Assembly: GCA_018242525.1 (NCBI GenBank)
Contig: JAFEBS010000014.1
Location: 8,646 to 72,645 of the forward strand
Source: Planctomycetota bacterium
Lineage (GTDB): Bacteria; Planctomycetota; Planctomycetia; Planctomycetales; Planctomycetaceae
Length of the DNA stretch: 64,000 nt
Direction: 5' to 3'
Shown here: positions 36,101-45,101 of the stretch, one piece after another
Position numbering within the stretch: position 1 is the stretch's first letter
Layout: every line of letters starts with the position of its first letter
Made by a program: the position numbers and the translations under genes
The notes under the pieces: model-generated
What the model saw: the letters and a program-made list of their open reading frames with translations, nothing else
Database searches by the model: none
What the model was told of the DNA's origin: nothing

Positions 36101-36750
36101 ATCAGATCAAGATTTCGCCGCAATTGTGTAACCGGTGGCTGAAATTCGTCGCTCCGCTACTGGCGGATTCGGTCGACATAGACGGCCAACTGTCACTCAA
36201 CGTGCAGGGCGGAACACTGCCGTTATCGGCCCCCTTGTCCGGGAATATGGCCGGCACGGTGGACGTTCATCACGTGCAGGTCAAGCCCGGCGCTGGTGCG
36301 AATCAGATCCTGGGAGTGATCGATCAGGCCAAGTCGATCATCCAGAGGAAGCCAGCCGCCAATGGTCGTGATCAGATCCTGATGCAAATGCCGGAACACG
36401 CCATTCCGTTCAAGCTGGCGGGCGGCCGAGTCTATCATCAGGACGTGATTTTCCTGATCGCGGGTGGATCGATTCAGTCGTCGGGCTCCGTTGGCATGGA
36501 CGAATCGATCGACCTGGTCCTGCAGATCCCCATCAAGGACGAATGGCTGGGTGACCAGAAACTGCTGGGATCGCTGAAGGGTCAGTCCTTGAAGATCCCT
36601 GTCCGGGGGACGTTGACCCGGCCGCAAATCGATTCGCGCGTTTTGGGCGGACTGGCCGCACAGATCGGTGGCACGGCCCTGGAAGGGGCACTCGAGAACA
36701 AGCTCGACAACCTGCTGAATGACAAACTCAAGAAGTTCTTGCCGCGGTGA
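33169..36750 (+). CDS. large N-terminally anchored envelope protein, AsmA/TamB-like
   Basis: 1193 aa. A basic N terminus is followed by one TM (MRLLMLFVCTLLVAVWFAPTMI), then a long beta-rich repetitive body. The C-terminal LKIPVRGTLTRPQIDSRVL resembles the AsmA_2 C-terminal motif. Confidence 0.55.
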   Translation: MANTESESISTSPASSAATPAVPKPRRRWGMRLLMLFVCTLLVAVWFAPTMIAQSAVLQQIPKFVLPQYPGTIEIGSASLGWLQPVVVRNVKATDADGHPLFDLKEFSTSEPLWKLALSQANLGRLTLTEPQVSVDLRADGSNVEDVLQKLMSTPSNSTSPVPDLELEVLNATIALDHKAASLSSNIKPVSVLLQLRRGTVDEVELTVGQIPSKEEAALSPGTDWLAFHMGNEPTQEGVAMSPGSKHIRLKAVGWNIDKFLPALARFEPKAELAGLIDADARSQINLAENPASWTEREWSCDGRITLNKFVLAGISALKQDRVTLETTSVAGRLAAQQGRLSMQNAQLQTEVGELTATGDIPLAGFASASPVNTLQSILGEQDYAIHGHLDLQRLGALLPGTLRIREGTAITGGRVDVNLKSEEKVAGTRNWTAEAKLDQLAARNDGQVVAWNQPVQLTMQAHKSGEAIAVDQVTCQSDFLTASGSGTLTDAIFQASADLTRLEENLQRFVDLGLEKLAGQIKINGEIRRAEADSVSLDSTIQLDNFQMNVSKTSVWQEQHLVLTVNMAGTTLSETALKGIDTAKVKLTSGLDSLNAQLLQPFDLQSRTATVPVKGRLEGDLQTWQNRLKPFVGDIGWQLGGTTVIEATVTTDPQQIEIVNVTGDITALDARGAGLWIREPQVKLQTAGVWSIPRREWSAPDTTLTGTSLSCRIHELNLSLKTNGQLEKLTGDAAYRGDLDKLSKWKNDALEMPAYTFMGTFEGRAHLAEQDSVITVDMESTVKKLVVADLEKLPDQRLHWVALWREPELLLTAKGAYNLTSDGLQLETASAQTDGLTVKLQGSLAQMSTQQKVDLQGELGYDWAIVSQRLGDSVRNAVQLTGKQNRPLTIKGTLASLSAPSGTPPDLSGSVGAGWDSAIIEGLTVGKADIAILIDQGVVQFAPIDTTVAEGRIHLTPQVRLDQNPAVVLLPQEKVLDQIKISPQLCNRWLKFVAPLLADSVDIDGQLSLNVQGGTLPLSAPLSGNMAGTVDVHHVQVKPGAGANQILGVIDQAKSIIQRKPAANGRDQILMQMPEHAIPFKLAGGRVYHQDVIFLIAGGSIQSSGSVGMDESIDLVLQIPIKDEWLGDQKLLGSLKGQSLKIPVRGTLTRPQIDSRVLGGLAAQIGGTALEGALENKLDNLLNDKLKKFLPR

Positions 36751-36794
36751 TCTGACTGCATTCCTTACCAGGCAACTGCGGACGAGTGTATCCA

Positions 36795-38393
36795 ATGACT
36801 TCTGCTGAAGAGCCGACGTCCGACTTGGTCGCCATCATCGGGCGATGGTTGGGGCCGGCGGTTTGCTTGATCGTACTGTTTCTGCCGACGCCAGCCGGTC
36901 TGAATCCCGCCGGGCAACGCCTGGCGGCGGTGGTGATCCTGATGGCCATCTGGTGGGTGACTCAGGCGCTACCCATTGCCGTCACCAGCCTGGTGCCGCT
37001 CGCCCTGTTTCCGGCGTTGGGAATCCAACCCGCCAAGGTTGTCGGACAGTCGTACCTGGGGGACAGTTCGTTCCTGTACCTGGGCGGCTTCATCATTGCC
37101 CTGGGGATCGAACGCTGGGGGCTTCACCGACGGATTGCGTTGTTGACAGTCACGGCGGTCGGGACCAGTCCCCGGCGGATTGTCCTGGGGTTTCTGCTTG
37201 CCACATTCGGCCTTTCGATGTGGATCAGTAATACGGCGACCACGCTGCTAATGCTGCCGATCGCCATGGCACTGCTGGCGACCTTGGGAGGCTTGCACAC
37301 GACAGCATTGACTGCCGGGACCGGGGAAGAGTCGCCGCAACATGATGCGGCCTTTCAACATTTTGCGCTCGCCCTGACGCTGGGGATTGGATATGCCGCA
37401 AGTATTGGCGGCCTGGCGACGTTGGTGGGGACGCCGACCAACATCGCGTTTGTCAACATCTGGGTCCGGGAGTTTCCGGACGCCCCGGTCCTATCAGCCG
37501 GGCAATGGATGGTGATGTGGACGCCGTTCGGTTTCGTGTTCCTGCTTTTCACCTGGCTGCTGCTGACCTTTGGGATGCGAATCCCCGCCGGTTTCCGCGG
37601 ACTGGACCGCAGCTTCTTCCGAAACCGCGTTCGCGACCTGGGGACGATGGGCACTGGCGAATGGATCATGCTCCTTCTGTTTGTCCTCACGGCATTGCTT
37701 TGGATATTTCGCACGGATTTTCGATTGGGTGAGCCGGTACTGATTTATGGCTGGAATCGCGTGGCCGCAGGATGGCTGAGGGCCTGGGGCGTCCCAGCCA
37801 AAGTCGCTTTGGAATACATCAGCGATGCCACTGTAGGGATGTCCGTCGCGCTGTTGATGTTCGTGATTCCCGTCGATCGATCTCCGCAGGGCAAGGTTCG
37901 CTTTCTGATGGACTGGGAAACGGCAGCGCAACTTCCGTGGGAGATCCTGCTGCTGTTTGGCGGCGGATTTGCGATTGCCGGGGCATTCGAAGATACGAAG
38001 TTGTCCGTCTGGGTGGGAGAGGTGTTTTCAGAGATCGCGAAGGGCCAACCGGTGTGGGTGCTGTTGGTGGCGGTCTGCCTGTTGTTGACGTTTCTGACGG
38101 AATTCACTTCCAACGTGGCCACGGTCAATGCATTGTTGCCGATCATCGCGGCGGCATCGGTGGCCCTGAATCTGGATCCACGTCTGCTGATGATCCCCGC
38201 CACGGTCTCGGCCAGTTGCGCGTTCATGCTGCCGATCGGGACTCCTCCGAATGCCATCGTTTTTGGAGCAGGTCGGATTCGGATGAGCCAAATGGCGGGC
38301 TACGGTTTGATTCTGAATCTGGTTGGTGTCGTCCTGGCCACTGTGACTGCTCAGTGGTGGATGGTCCCGCAACTGGGAATCCGGTTACCATAG
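36795..38393 (+). CDS. SLC13/DASS family anion:sodium symporter
   Basis: Duplicated hairpin motifs WISNTATTLLMLPIA and EFTSNVATVNALLPI, typical of DASS transporters. Polytopic. ATG 36795; the track begins at GTG 36786. Confidence 0.85.
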   Translation: MTSAEEPTSDLVAIIGRWLGPAVCLIVLFLPTPAGLNPAGQRLAAVVILMAIWWVTQALPIAVTSLVPLALFPALGIQPAKVVGQSYLGDSSFLYLGGFIIALGIERWGLHRRIALLTVTAVGTSPRRIVLGFLLATFGLSMWISNTATTLLMLPIAMALLATLGGLHTTALTAGTGEESPQHDAAFQHFALALTLGIGYAASIGGLATLVGTPTNIAFVNIWVREFPDAPVLSAGQWMVMWTPFGFVFLLFTWLLLTFGMRIPAGFRGLDRSFFRNRVRDLGTMGTGEWIMLLLFVLTALLWIFRTDFRLGEPVLIYGWNRVAAGWLRAWGVPAKVALEYISDATVGMSVALLMFVIPVDRSPQGKVRFLMDWETAAQLPWEILLLFGGGFAIAGAFEDTKLSVWVGEVFSEIAKGQPVWVLLVAVCLLLTFLTEFTSNVATVNALLPIIAAASVALNLDPRLLMIPATVSASCAFMLPIGTPPNAIVFGAGRIRMSQMAGYGLILNLVGVVLATVTAQWWMVPQLGIRLP

Positions 38394-38468
38394 TGGGGAC
38401 AGTGTTTGCCACTCCCTGGATTGCCGGGAATTGACTTCGCCTTCCAAGGATCAACAGGAACCGCACCC

Positions 38469-39146
38469 ATGAATCAACTCGTCACCCCCAGTTTCCTGTT
38501 TCGCTGGTCCTTTCCAGTGATTCAGATTCCAACATTGCCGAATCGATCCGGCCGATTGCTGAATCTGCCGGAACGTTGTCGCCTGCCGTCGGTCAGTGAA
38601 CTCGATTCCCAGCGGGATTTTGCGGATGTGCGACTGGCCTGGAATGCCGAGGGTCTGGGAATTGCCGTCGACGTTCGTGGACGGACTGCCAAGCCCGACT
38701 GTTCGGCGGCCACGGTCGGTTTGTCGGACGGCGTGACCGTCTGGATCGATACCCGGAATACCCAGGGTGTCCACCGCGCCACGCGTTTCTGTCATCAGTT
38801 TTGCCTGCTCCCGATGGGAGGCGGCCGCAAACAGCAGGATCCGGTGGTGATTCAGATTCCGTTGGCCCGGGCTCGTGAAGAATCCGCTCCGAGCGACGTG
38901 TCGTCGATCCAGGTGCAGTCCGAAATCGAAAAGGATGGCTATCACCTGGAAGCCTGGTTTCCGGCAGCGGTGTTTGTCGGATTTGATCCATCCACGTCGC
39001 CGCGACTCGGCTTTCACTACCTGGTCCGCGACACGCAGCAGGGGGATCAGACCCTGGCGGTGGGAACAGAGTTCCCGGTAGCGTCCGACCCCAGCCTCTG
39101 GCAGTCTCTGGAGCTGGTCCAGGAGACGCCGAACGCAGGCAAGTAA
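38469..39146 (+). CDS. hypothetical protein, CBM9/DOMON-like beta-sandwich
   Basis: VRLAWNAEGLGIAVDV...DGVTVWIDTRNT...GYHLEAWFPAAVFVGFDP...LGFHYLVRD fits the carbohydrate-binding family 9-like pattern. The domain assignment is uncertain. Confidence 0.45.
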   Translation: MNQLVTPSFLFRWSFPVIQIPTLPNRSGRLLNLPERCRLPSVSELDSQRDFADVRLAWNAEGLGIAVDVRGRTAKPDCSAATVGLSDGVTVWIDTRNTQGVHRATRFCHQFCLLPMGGGRKQQDPVVIQIPLARAREESAPSDVSSIQVQSEIEKDGYHLEAWFPAAVFVGFDPSTSPRLGFHYLVRDTQQGDQTLAVGTEFPVASDPSLWQSLELVQETPNAGK

Positions 39147-39521
39147 CGACCACAGAAATACGGTTCCGGACGCATCTTATGCGTGCTTCGATTCCGACGA
39201 TTTTAAAACGGTCAATGTTTCCCGCAGATTTGCGAGTCATTCCAGGTTCTGCGATACTCCGGGCAGGGCCATCGCCTTTTTCAAATTGGGGTGCCACGGT
39301 CTTACCGTCTTCGGGAAGGCCGTGTGAGTGCTCAATCGGCACGGCCATGTCGAAGACTCCATAACCGTGGCACCCGATTCCCAATTTGAAAAAGGCGATG
39401 GCGCTGATACTTCGGGATCGGGCGTTTTCCCATGTTGGGATGCGTCCACATGTGAATTTGCCAGAGATCATTTCTCGGGTCCGTGGCCAGTGAATCGTCA
39501 GTCCTAAGACTTGGGGTGGCT

Positions 39522-39548
39522 GAAGTCGTGAGACTCTCACGAGTTCGG
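39522..39548. repeat. partial copy of the CCGAAGTC-TCAC-GACTTCGG family containing palindrome CGTGAGA-C-TCTCACG
   Basis: GAAGTCGTGAGAC (39522-39534) equals the reverse complement of 13 nt of the 14096/55647 hairpin. It is followed by TTCGGCGACG, as at 55662. Confidence 0.45.
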
Positions 39549-39621
39549 CGACGCCAATTCCAAATCCTGACGATGCCCCCGGCTGCGAATCCGTTACGCT
39601 TGCAGGAATCCGGTCTGCTTC

Positions 39622-40851
39622 ATGACTCAAAACGTCGTCAATCATGCGACTTTACCGAATGGACTGACCGTCCTTGTCGAAACGATGCCTGCCGTTCAAT
39701 CGGCCGCGTTTGCCCTGTTGGTCTCAGCCGGGAGCGTTTACGACCCGCCACAACAAAATGGAACGGCGACGGCGCTGGCCGACTGGATGGCTCGCGGAGC
39801 GGGTGACCGCAGCAGTCGCGAGTTGCTGGCTGAACTGGATCGGTTGGGGATCCAGGGGAACGAAACGGCCAGCACTCAGCACCTGGTCTTTCGCGGTTCC
39901 TGCCTGTCCGTCAACCTGGGTGCCGCGCTGCGGGTCTACAGTGACATCGTCCTGCAACCGCATCTGAACGAGGAAGAATTTGAAGCGGTCATGTCCGGCG
40001 TCGAACTGGGTTTGATGGCGATCGAAGACGAACCTCGGCAAAAGGTGATGGTCGAACTGCTGCGCCGGTGCTACCCGCATCCCTGGGGACAGCCTTCGGA
40101 GGGAACGCTGGCGGACCTGGAGAATCTGACTCCTGATTCGGTTCGCACTCACTATCAACGCGTCGTCAAACCGAATGGAGCGATCCTGGGAATCGCGGGG
40201 AACGTCACGCTGAATGATGTTCTGCCAGTCGTCAGCGACGTGTTTGGCGCGTGGACGGGCTCCAACGATCTCACGATCCCGGCGCTCACCTGCAGCCCGG
40301 TGCGGGAGCATTTGGCACTGGAATCAACTCAAACGCAGATCGGTGTCGCCTATCCCAGCGTGGCCTATTCCGATCCCGAATACTATGCGGCCTGGGCGGC
40401 AGTGAATGTCCTGAGTGGCGGAATGAGTTCCCGGCTTTTCACGGAAATCCGGGAAAAGCGAGGGTTGTGCTACTCGGTCTATGCGACGCTGAACACCTTG
40501 AAGGATCGCGGGCAGGTCCTGTGTTACGCGGGAACGACCGCTGAGCGGGCTCAGGAGACACTGGACGTCCTGCGGGCTGAACTGATGCGCTTGGGTGACG
40601 GGATCGGGCAGGATGAACTTGACCGCTGCAAGGCACGGGCGAAGAGTTCCCTGATCATGGCCCAGGAATCGAGTGGTTCGCGGTCTGCGTCGCTGGCTCG
40701 AAACTGGTACCACCTGGGGCGCATCGTCACGCTGGACGAGGTTCGTTCGAAGATTGACGCACTGACTGTTGCCACAGTCCTCGACTATGTCCACGCTCAC
40801 CCCGCCCGGGATTTTTCGATTCTGACAATTGGCCCCGCGGCGCTGCAATAG
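39622..40851 (+). CDS. M16 family peptidase-like protein lacking the HxxEH zinc motif (probable non-catalytic subunit)
   Basis: LPNGLTVLVETMPAVQSAAFALLVSAGSVYD start typical of M16. The zinc-motif position reads ALADWMARG, so no HxxEH. Paired with a catalytic M16 gene downstream. Confidence 0.8.
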   Translation: MTQNVVNHATLPNGLTVLVETMPAVQSAAFALLVSAGSVYDPPQQNGTATALADWMARGAGDRSSRELLAELDRLGIQGNETASTQHLVFRGSCLSVNLGAALRVYSDIVLQPHLNEEEFEAVMSGVELGLMAIEDEPRQKVMVELLRRCYPHPWGQPSEGTLADLENLTPDSVRTHYQRVVKPNGAILGIAGNVTLNDVLPVVSDVFGAWTGSNDLTIPALTCSPVREHLALESTQTQIGVAYPSVAYSDPEYYAAWAAVNVLSGGMSSRLFTEIREKRGLCYSVYATLNTLKDRGQVLCYAGTTAERAQETLDVLRAELMRLGDGIGQDELDRCKARAKSSLIMAQESSGSRSASLARNWYHLGRIVTLDEVRSKIDALTVATVLDYVHAHPARDFSILTIGPAALQ

Positions 40852-40916
40852 TGCTGCCGGTCCCCGGCCCCAACCGGTTCCAAAATTCGAGTTTAATTCC
40901 CTCCACGAAGAGTTCC

Positions 40917-42143
40917 ATGCTGTTCCATCACACCACGCTTCCCAACGGTCTCGAAGTCGTCGCCGAACTGAACGACGCTGCGTACAGCGTTGCATTTGGG
41001 TTTTACGTCAAAGCCGGTGCCCGCGATGAAGCTGTCTCGGTCTCCGGCGTCAGCCATTTCCTGGAACATATGGCCTTCAAAGGGACCGAACGGTTTTCCG
41101 CGGAAGACGTGAACCGGATCTTCGATGAATACGGTGCCGACTACAACGCCATGACGGGCGAAGAAAGCACCATCTTCTATTCATCAGTCCTGCCGGAATA
41201 CCTGCCACAGACGTTTGAATTGCAATCCAGCATCCTGTACCCGACCCTGCGGCAGGATGATTTCGACATGGAAAAGAAAGTCATCCTGGAAGAGATCGGG
41301 ATGTACGAGGATCAACCGTCGTCGGTCGCGTATGACCGGGCGATGCAGTTGCATTTCTCCGGGCATGAACTGGGACAGTCGATACTGGGATCGGTCGAAA
41401 GCGTTTCGGCGCTGACCTCCGAACAAATGCGGCAATACCACGCCGAGCACTACCGGGCGGGCAACATTGTCCTGGCCGTTGCCGGGAACACCGACTGGGC
41501 TACCGTTCTCGAACTGGCTCACAAACATTGTGGAGCCTGGCCGGCAGGAGTCTGTCCTCGCACGGTGACGCAATCGACACCGGCACCACAGTCGTTGTTC
41601 GTGGTCAAGGATCAGTGTCAGCAGGAACAGATGATTCAGTTGGCGGCAGCCCCGGACTGCAAGGATGCCCGACGCTTTGCGGCCGAACTGCTGACAGTCA
41701 TCGTCGGAGACGACTCCAACAGCCGGCTCTATTGGGAACTGGTCGACCCCGGCCTGGCGGAATCGGCCGAATGTGGCTACTACGAATATGAAGGCAGCGG
41801 AACCTTTCTGACATTCCTGACCGGTCCGCCGGAGTCAACTCGGGAGAATCTCGATCGAATCACGCAGATCTACAGCGACGTGAATGCGAACGGTGTGACG
41901 GCCGACGAGCTTGAGCAGGCGAAGAACAAGATCGCCACCAGAATCGTGCTCCGCGGCGAGCGTCCGATGGGACGGCTGAGTTCGCTCGGCGGCAATTGGC
42001 TGATCCGGCGGGAATATCGCACGATTGAAGACGATCTGGCAATCATTCGTGGAGTGACTCTGGAGGATATTCGCGGCCTGCTGTCGGACTTCCCTTTGCA
42101 GCAGACGACAACGGTTGGAGTGGGACCGATGAACGGACTGTGA
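40917..42143 (+). CDS. M16 family zinc metallopeptidase (pitrilysin/insulinase-like), catalytic subunit
   Basis: LPNGLEVVAE...GVSHFLEHMAFKGTERFS, with HFLEH as the HxxEH motif. Start taken at ATG 40917. Confidence 0.9.
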   Translation: MLFHHTTLPNGLEVVAELNDAAYSVAFGFYVKAGARDEAVSVSGVSHFLEHMAFKGTERFSAEDVNRIFDEYGADYNAMTGEESTIFYSSVLPEYLPQTFELQSSILYPTLRQDDFDMEKKVILEEIGMYEDQPSSVAYDRAMQLHFSGHELGQSILGSVESVSALTSEQMRQYHAEHYRAGNIVLAVAGNTDWATVLELAHKHCGAWPAGVCPRTVTQSTPAPQSLFVVKDQCQQEQMIQLAAAPDCKDARRFAAELLTVIVGDDSNSRLYWELVDPGLAESAECGYYEYEGSGTFLTFLTGPPESTRENLDRITQIYSDVNANGVTADELEQAKNKIATRIVLRGERPMGRLSSLGGNWLIRREYRTIEDDLAIIRGVTLEDIRGLLSDFPLQQTTTVGVGPMNGL

Positions 42144-42192
42144 TTCTCGATAGTCGGAAGTCGATACTTGCAATTGGGCGTCATGTCTCGGT

Positions 42193-42258
42193 CCCTCGCT
42201 GGCGCGTCGGGCTAGTGTTGCGAGGCCTTGGCACACTAGCCCGACGCGCCAGCGAGGG
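42193..42258. repeat. 66-nt palindrome: perfect 26-bp arms (CCCTCGCTGGCGCGTCGGGCTAGTGT / ACACTAGCCCGACGCGCCAGCGAGGG) around a 14-nt loop
   Basis: Arms verified base by base. It is intergenic, 50 nt after the M16 stop. No U-tract. Confidence 0.75.
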
Positions 42259-42455
42259 GCCGTACATTCGGCACCCAATTTCAAACCGACAGGACGATCT
42301 CTTGGAAATGCGGCTGCTCGGGAGTCGAGTTGGATACGGCAATCTACGGCAGTGTGAACACGCAGCCTCGCACGACGCGAGTTCCAAGTGAGCACAAGTG
42401 CCGATTAAATCACCGGTTATAGCCACGTGTCCTGGTGGCGTTCCCGACGATTTGA

Positions 42456-42485
42456 TTGACATTGGCAGTCGAAGATCGGTATAGT
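42456..42485 (+). promoter_or_regulatory. candidate sigma-70-type promoter TTGACA-18 nt-TATAGT
   Basis: Consensus -35 (42456-42461) and near-consensus -10 (42480-42485), 78 nt upstream of the DUF1501 ATG at 42563. How widely this consensus is used in planctomycetes is not established. Confidence 0.35.
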
Positions 42486-42562
42486 CCGATGGAATGGATC
42501 GGTTTTGGCCGATGTTTATTGTCGAAGTGTTCCTCCGTGGTGAATCCTTTGGAGACTGATCG

Positions 42563-44026
42563 ATGCTGGTGATCCCTGGCCGCTATGGTAAAGACACGTG
42601 CGACGGGTTCAGTCGACGAGCCCTGCTGCAAGTCGGTGGCGCATCGCTCGCCGGCCTGTCACTTCCGAATTTGCTGCGGAACGACAGGCTGCAGGCTGCA
42701 GAAGACGAACGCTACGGGGGGGCGGGGTTTGGCAAGGCCAAGCACGTGATCCTGGTCTACCTGCAAGGGGGACCCAGCCATCTGGATCTGTGGGATCCGA
42801 AAACTGATGTCCCCGACAATGTTCGCAGCGTGTTCAAGCCGATTGACACGAAACTGCCGGGCGTTCAATTCACCGAAGTGCTCCCCAAGCTGGCTCAGGT
42901 GCTTGACAAGACCACGCTGCTGCGAGCAGTCAGCTACACCCCGAACGGCCTGTTCAATCACACGGCCGCCATTTATCAGATGATGACCGGGTACACCGCC
43001 GACAAGGTCAGTGCCTCGGGCCAGTTGGAACCGCCAAGTCCCAAGGATTTCCCCAACTGGGGTTGTCACGTCATCAAGGCGAAGCCACCTGAAGTTCCGA
43101 TGCTGCCCTATGTCATGATGCCTCGTCCGTTGCAGGAAAGCGGCGTGATCGGCAAGGGGGGAACAGCCGGTTTCATGGGTCGTGCCTTTGACCCGTACAC
43201 GCTGTATCCGACCGGCGACGACATGGACATGACCAAGATGGATCGCATCCGGGTCGACGACCTGCAACTGCGGGCTGAAGTACCCCAGGAACGCATGGCC
43301 CGTCGTGCGGCGCTCCGCGATACCGTCAACGCCAGCCTGAATGATCTGGACAAGGCGGTCAGCAAGTACGCTCTGGACGAATATTACGGCAAAGCCCTGT
43401 CACTGGTGCTCTCCGGCAAGGCGCGTGAGGCGTTCAACTTGGGTGCCGAATCCAAGGAAACGCGTGAGTTGTATGGCAACAACACGTTTGGTCAAAGCTG
43501 CCTGCTGGCACGCCGACTGATTGAAGCGGGAACGCGTGTCGTGCAGGTGAACTGGCCGAAGGTTGCCAACAGCGACAACCATTCGTTCGACGTCCATGTC
43601 GGATTGTCCGGTCGCATGAAGAACCAGTCCGGCCCGATGCTGGATGCGGGCGTGTCTGGTTTGATTTCGGATCTGGACAACCGCGGGATGTTGAAGGACA
43701 CGCTGGTCCTGGTCATCGGTGAATTCGGTCGCAGCCCCAAGCGAGGCGTCAGTACCTCGGGGAACGGCAACAGCGACGATGGTCGCGATCACTGGCCATA
43801 TTGCTACACGGGCCTGATCGCCGGAGCCGGTGTGAAGCGAGGCCTGGTCTGGGGCAAGTCCGATCAAACCGCTTCGGCCCCGGTCGAAAATCCGGTCCAC
43901 CCGATCGAACTGCTCGCCACGATCTATCACAGCGTCGGAATGAATCCTCGCCGGACGGTGTACAACCACCTGAATCAGCCGCGCGAGATGGTCAGTGCCG
44001 ATGCCGTGACCGGCATTCTGTCGTAA
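42563..44026 (+). CDS. DUF1501 domain protein (sulfatase-fold, Tat-exported)
   Basis: [16 protein letters not shown] Tat-like leader, then [25 protein letters not shown] and [10 protein letters not shown] motifs. Confidence 0.9.
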   Translation: MLVIPGRYGKDTCDGFSRRALLQVGGASLAGLSLPNLLRNDRLQAAEDERYGGAGFGKAKHVILVYLQGGPSHLDLWDPKTDVPDNVRSVFKPIDTKLPGVQFTEVLPKLAQVLDKTTLLRAVSYTPNGLFNHTAAIYQMMTGYTADKVSASGQLEPPSPKDFPNWGCHVIKAKPPEVPMLPYVMMPRPLQESGVIGKGGTAGFMGRAFDPYTLYPTGDDMDMTKMDRIRVDDLQLRAEVPQERMARRAALRDTVNASLNDLDKAVSKYALDEYYGKALSLVLSGKAREAFNLGAESKETRELYGNNTFGQSCLLARRLIEAGTRVVQVNWPKVANSDNHSFDVHVGLSGRMKNQSGPMLDAGVSGLISDLDNRGMLKDTLVLVIGEFGRSPKRGVSTSGNGNSDDGRDHWPYCYTGLIAGAGVKRGLVWGKSDQTASAPVENPVHPIELLATIYHSVGMNPRRTVYNHLNQPREMVSADAVTGILS

Positions 44027-44073
44027 GTGAATTGGCCCGAGGGCTGAGTGACAGAACAGAACAGAATCAGAAC

Positions 44074-44113
44074 AAGCCCGACTCGGCAACCAGTCGGGCT
44101 TGTTTCATTCTTT
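44074..44113 (+). terminator. rho-independent terminator candidate
   Basis: 10-bp stem AAGCCCGACT/AGTCGGGCTT with an 8-nt loop, followed by the T-rich GTTTCATTCTTT, about 50 nt after the DUF1501 stop. Confidence 0.55.
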
Positions 44114-44199
44114 GGTCAGGCAAGTGCTGCGGTGGCGACTTTTTTGGGAACTTGGTTGAAGTGACAGCGTCGAATTCCAGACGGGATTTTGAATTCGCT

Positions 44200-45066
44200 A
44201 TGACGCGGAGGCGACCGATGCAGGTAATCAGGACTTCGATAGCGGTTCTGTTGATGGCGGCGACCGCAGGCAATTCAGCAATTCACGCTGCGGAACCGGA
44301 TCCGTCAACCGGGTCAAAGTCTGCCGAAGCGCTGGCTCAATTCAAGCAACGGTGGAAGCTGCAGCTTTTGCCCGATCGATTGCCCGCGAAACTTCCCGAC
44401 ATGGGGCTGCATCTGATCGGAACGACATGGGGGCAACGCGGTCCGCGAAATATCCTGGGTCGCGGAACAGACCGACTCATCACCGTTACGGGTGATCAGG
44501 ACTCATCAGCACCGCGAGAAATCGTCTTCACGACGATTCAGCACCATAGTGTCAATACACAGATTCCCGCGACTGAAACAACGAAGATGTACCCGGCGAC
44601 AATCACCAGTCCGTTCCTGGAATACGACGGCCTGATTCATACCGCATTCATGACTGCCGATCGAAAGAAGTTCATTCCGGATGCCGTCCTGCGTGTGGCA
44701 GGCGGCACGTGGTACCAGGTCACGTCTCGCAAGCTGCCGGATCAGAACGGTGTGGTGGGAGGGGTTGAGGTTACTGAGTACCTGCTTAAGTTCGACGACG
44801 ATCCGGTGCGCAATGACACGGGACACCTGATGCTGCATCGCCATATTCGCAAGTTGAATGAGCCGGCAGGCGAGACGACGCGCCTGCCTACGAATTTTGC
44901 CCTGTTCCGACACTCCGGCGATGATTCCCAACCGTACGAAGTGCAGATCGGGCTCCCGGGGCAGCGCAGCCTGACGATTTATTTCTACGCAGGCCTGGAT
45001 TACGCCGTGCCGGAGGGAGATCGGCCATCAGTACCGTGCATCTACAGCCTGGAAGAGATCGAATAG
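44200..45066 (+). CDS. hypothetical secreted protein
   Basis: ATG 44200 gives MTRRRPMQVIRTSIAVLLMAATAGNSAIHAAEP, a signal peptide. The track ORF 43801.. is an upstream extension overlapping the DUF1501 gene and the terminator. Confidence 0.5.
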   Translation: MTRRRPMQVIRTSIAVLLMAATAGNSAIHAAEPDPSTGSKSAEALAQFKQRWKLQLLPDRLPAKLPDMGLHLIGTTWGQRGPRNILGRGTDRLITVTGDQDSSAPREIVFTTIQHHSVNTQIPATETTKMYPATITSPFLEYDGLIHTAFMTADRKKFIPDAVLRVAGGTWYQVTSRKLPDQNGVVGGVEVTEYLLKFDDDPVRNDTGHLMLHRHIRKLNEPAGETTRLPTNFALFRHSGDDSQPYEVQIGLPGQRSLTIYFYAGLDYAVPEGDRPSVPCIYSLEEIE

Positions 45067-45101
45067 TCAGCCGACGCTCCGTCGATTGTTGAGCCGTCGC
45101 G

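Noticed and set aside
38593-39645. 350-aa minus-strand ORF
   Set aside because: It overlaps the CBM9-like gene antisense for about 550 nt and has a Pro/Arg/Gly-rich shadow composition there. Only its 39150-39470 part is discussed, as a possible remnant.
39622-42143. M16 peptidase pair (one subunit lacking HxxEH) as something unusual
   Set aside because: Catalytic/non-catalytic M16 pairs are a common, well-described arrangement, so this is ordinary.
43801-44199. N-terminal 133-codon extension of track ORF 43801..45066
   Set aside because: It overlaps the 3' end of the DUF1501 gene and reads through a terminator-like hairpin. A good signal peptide starts at ATG 44200.
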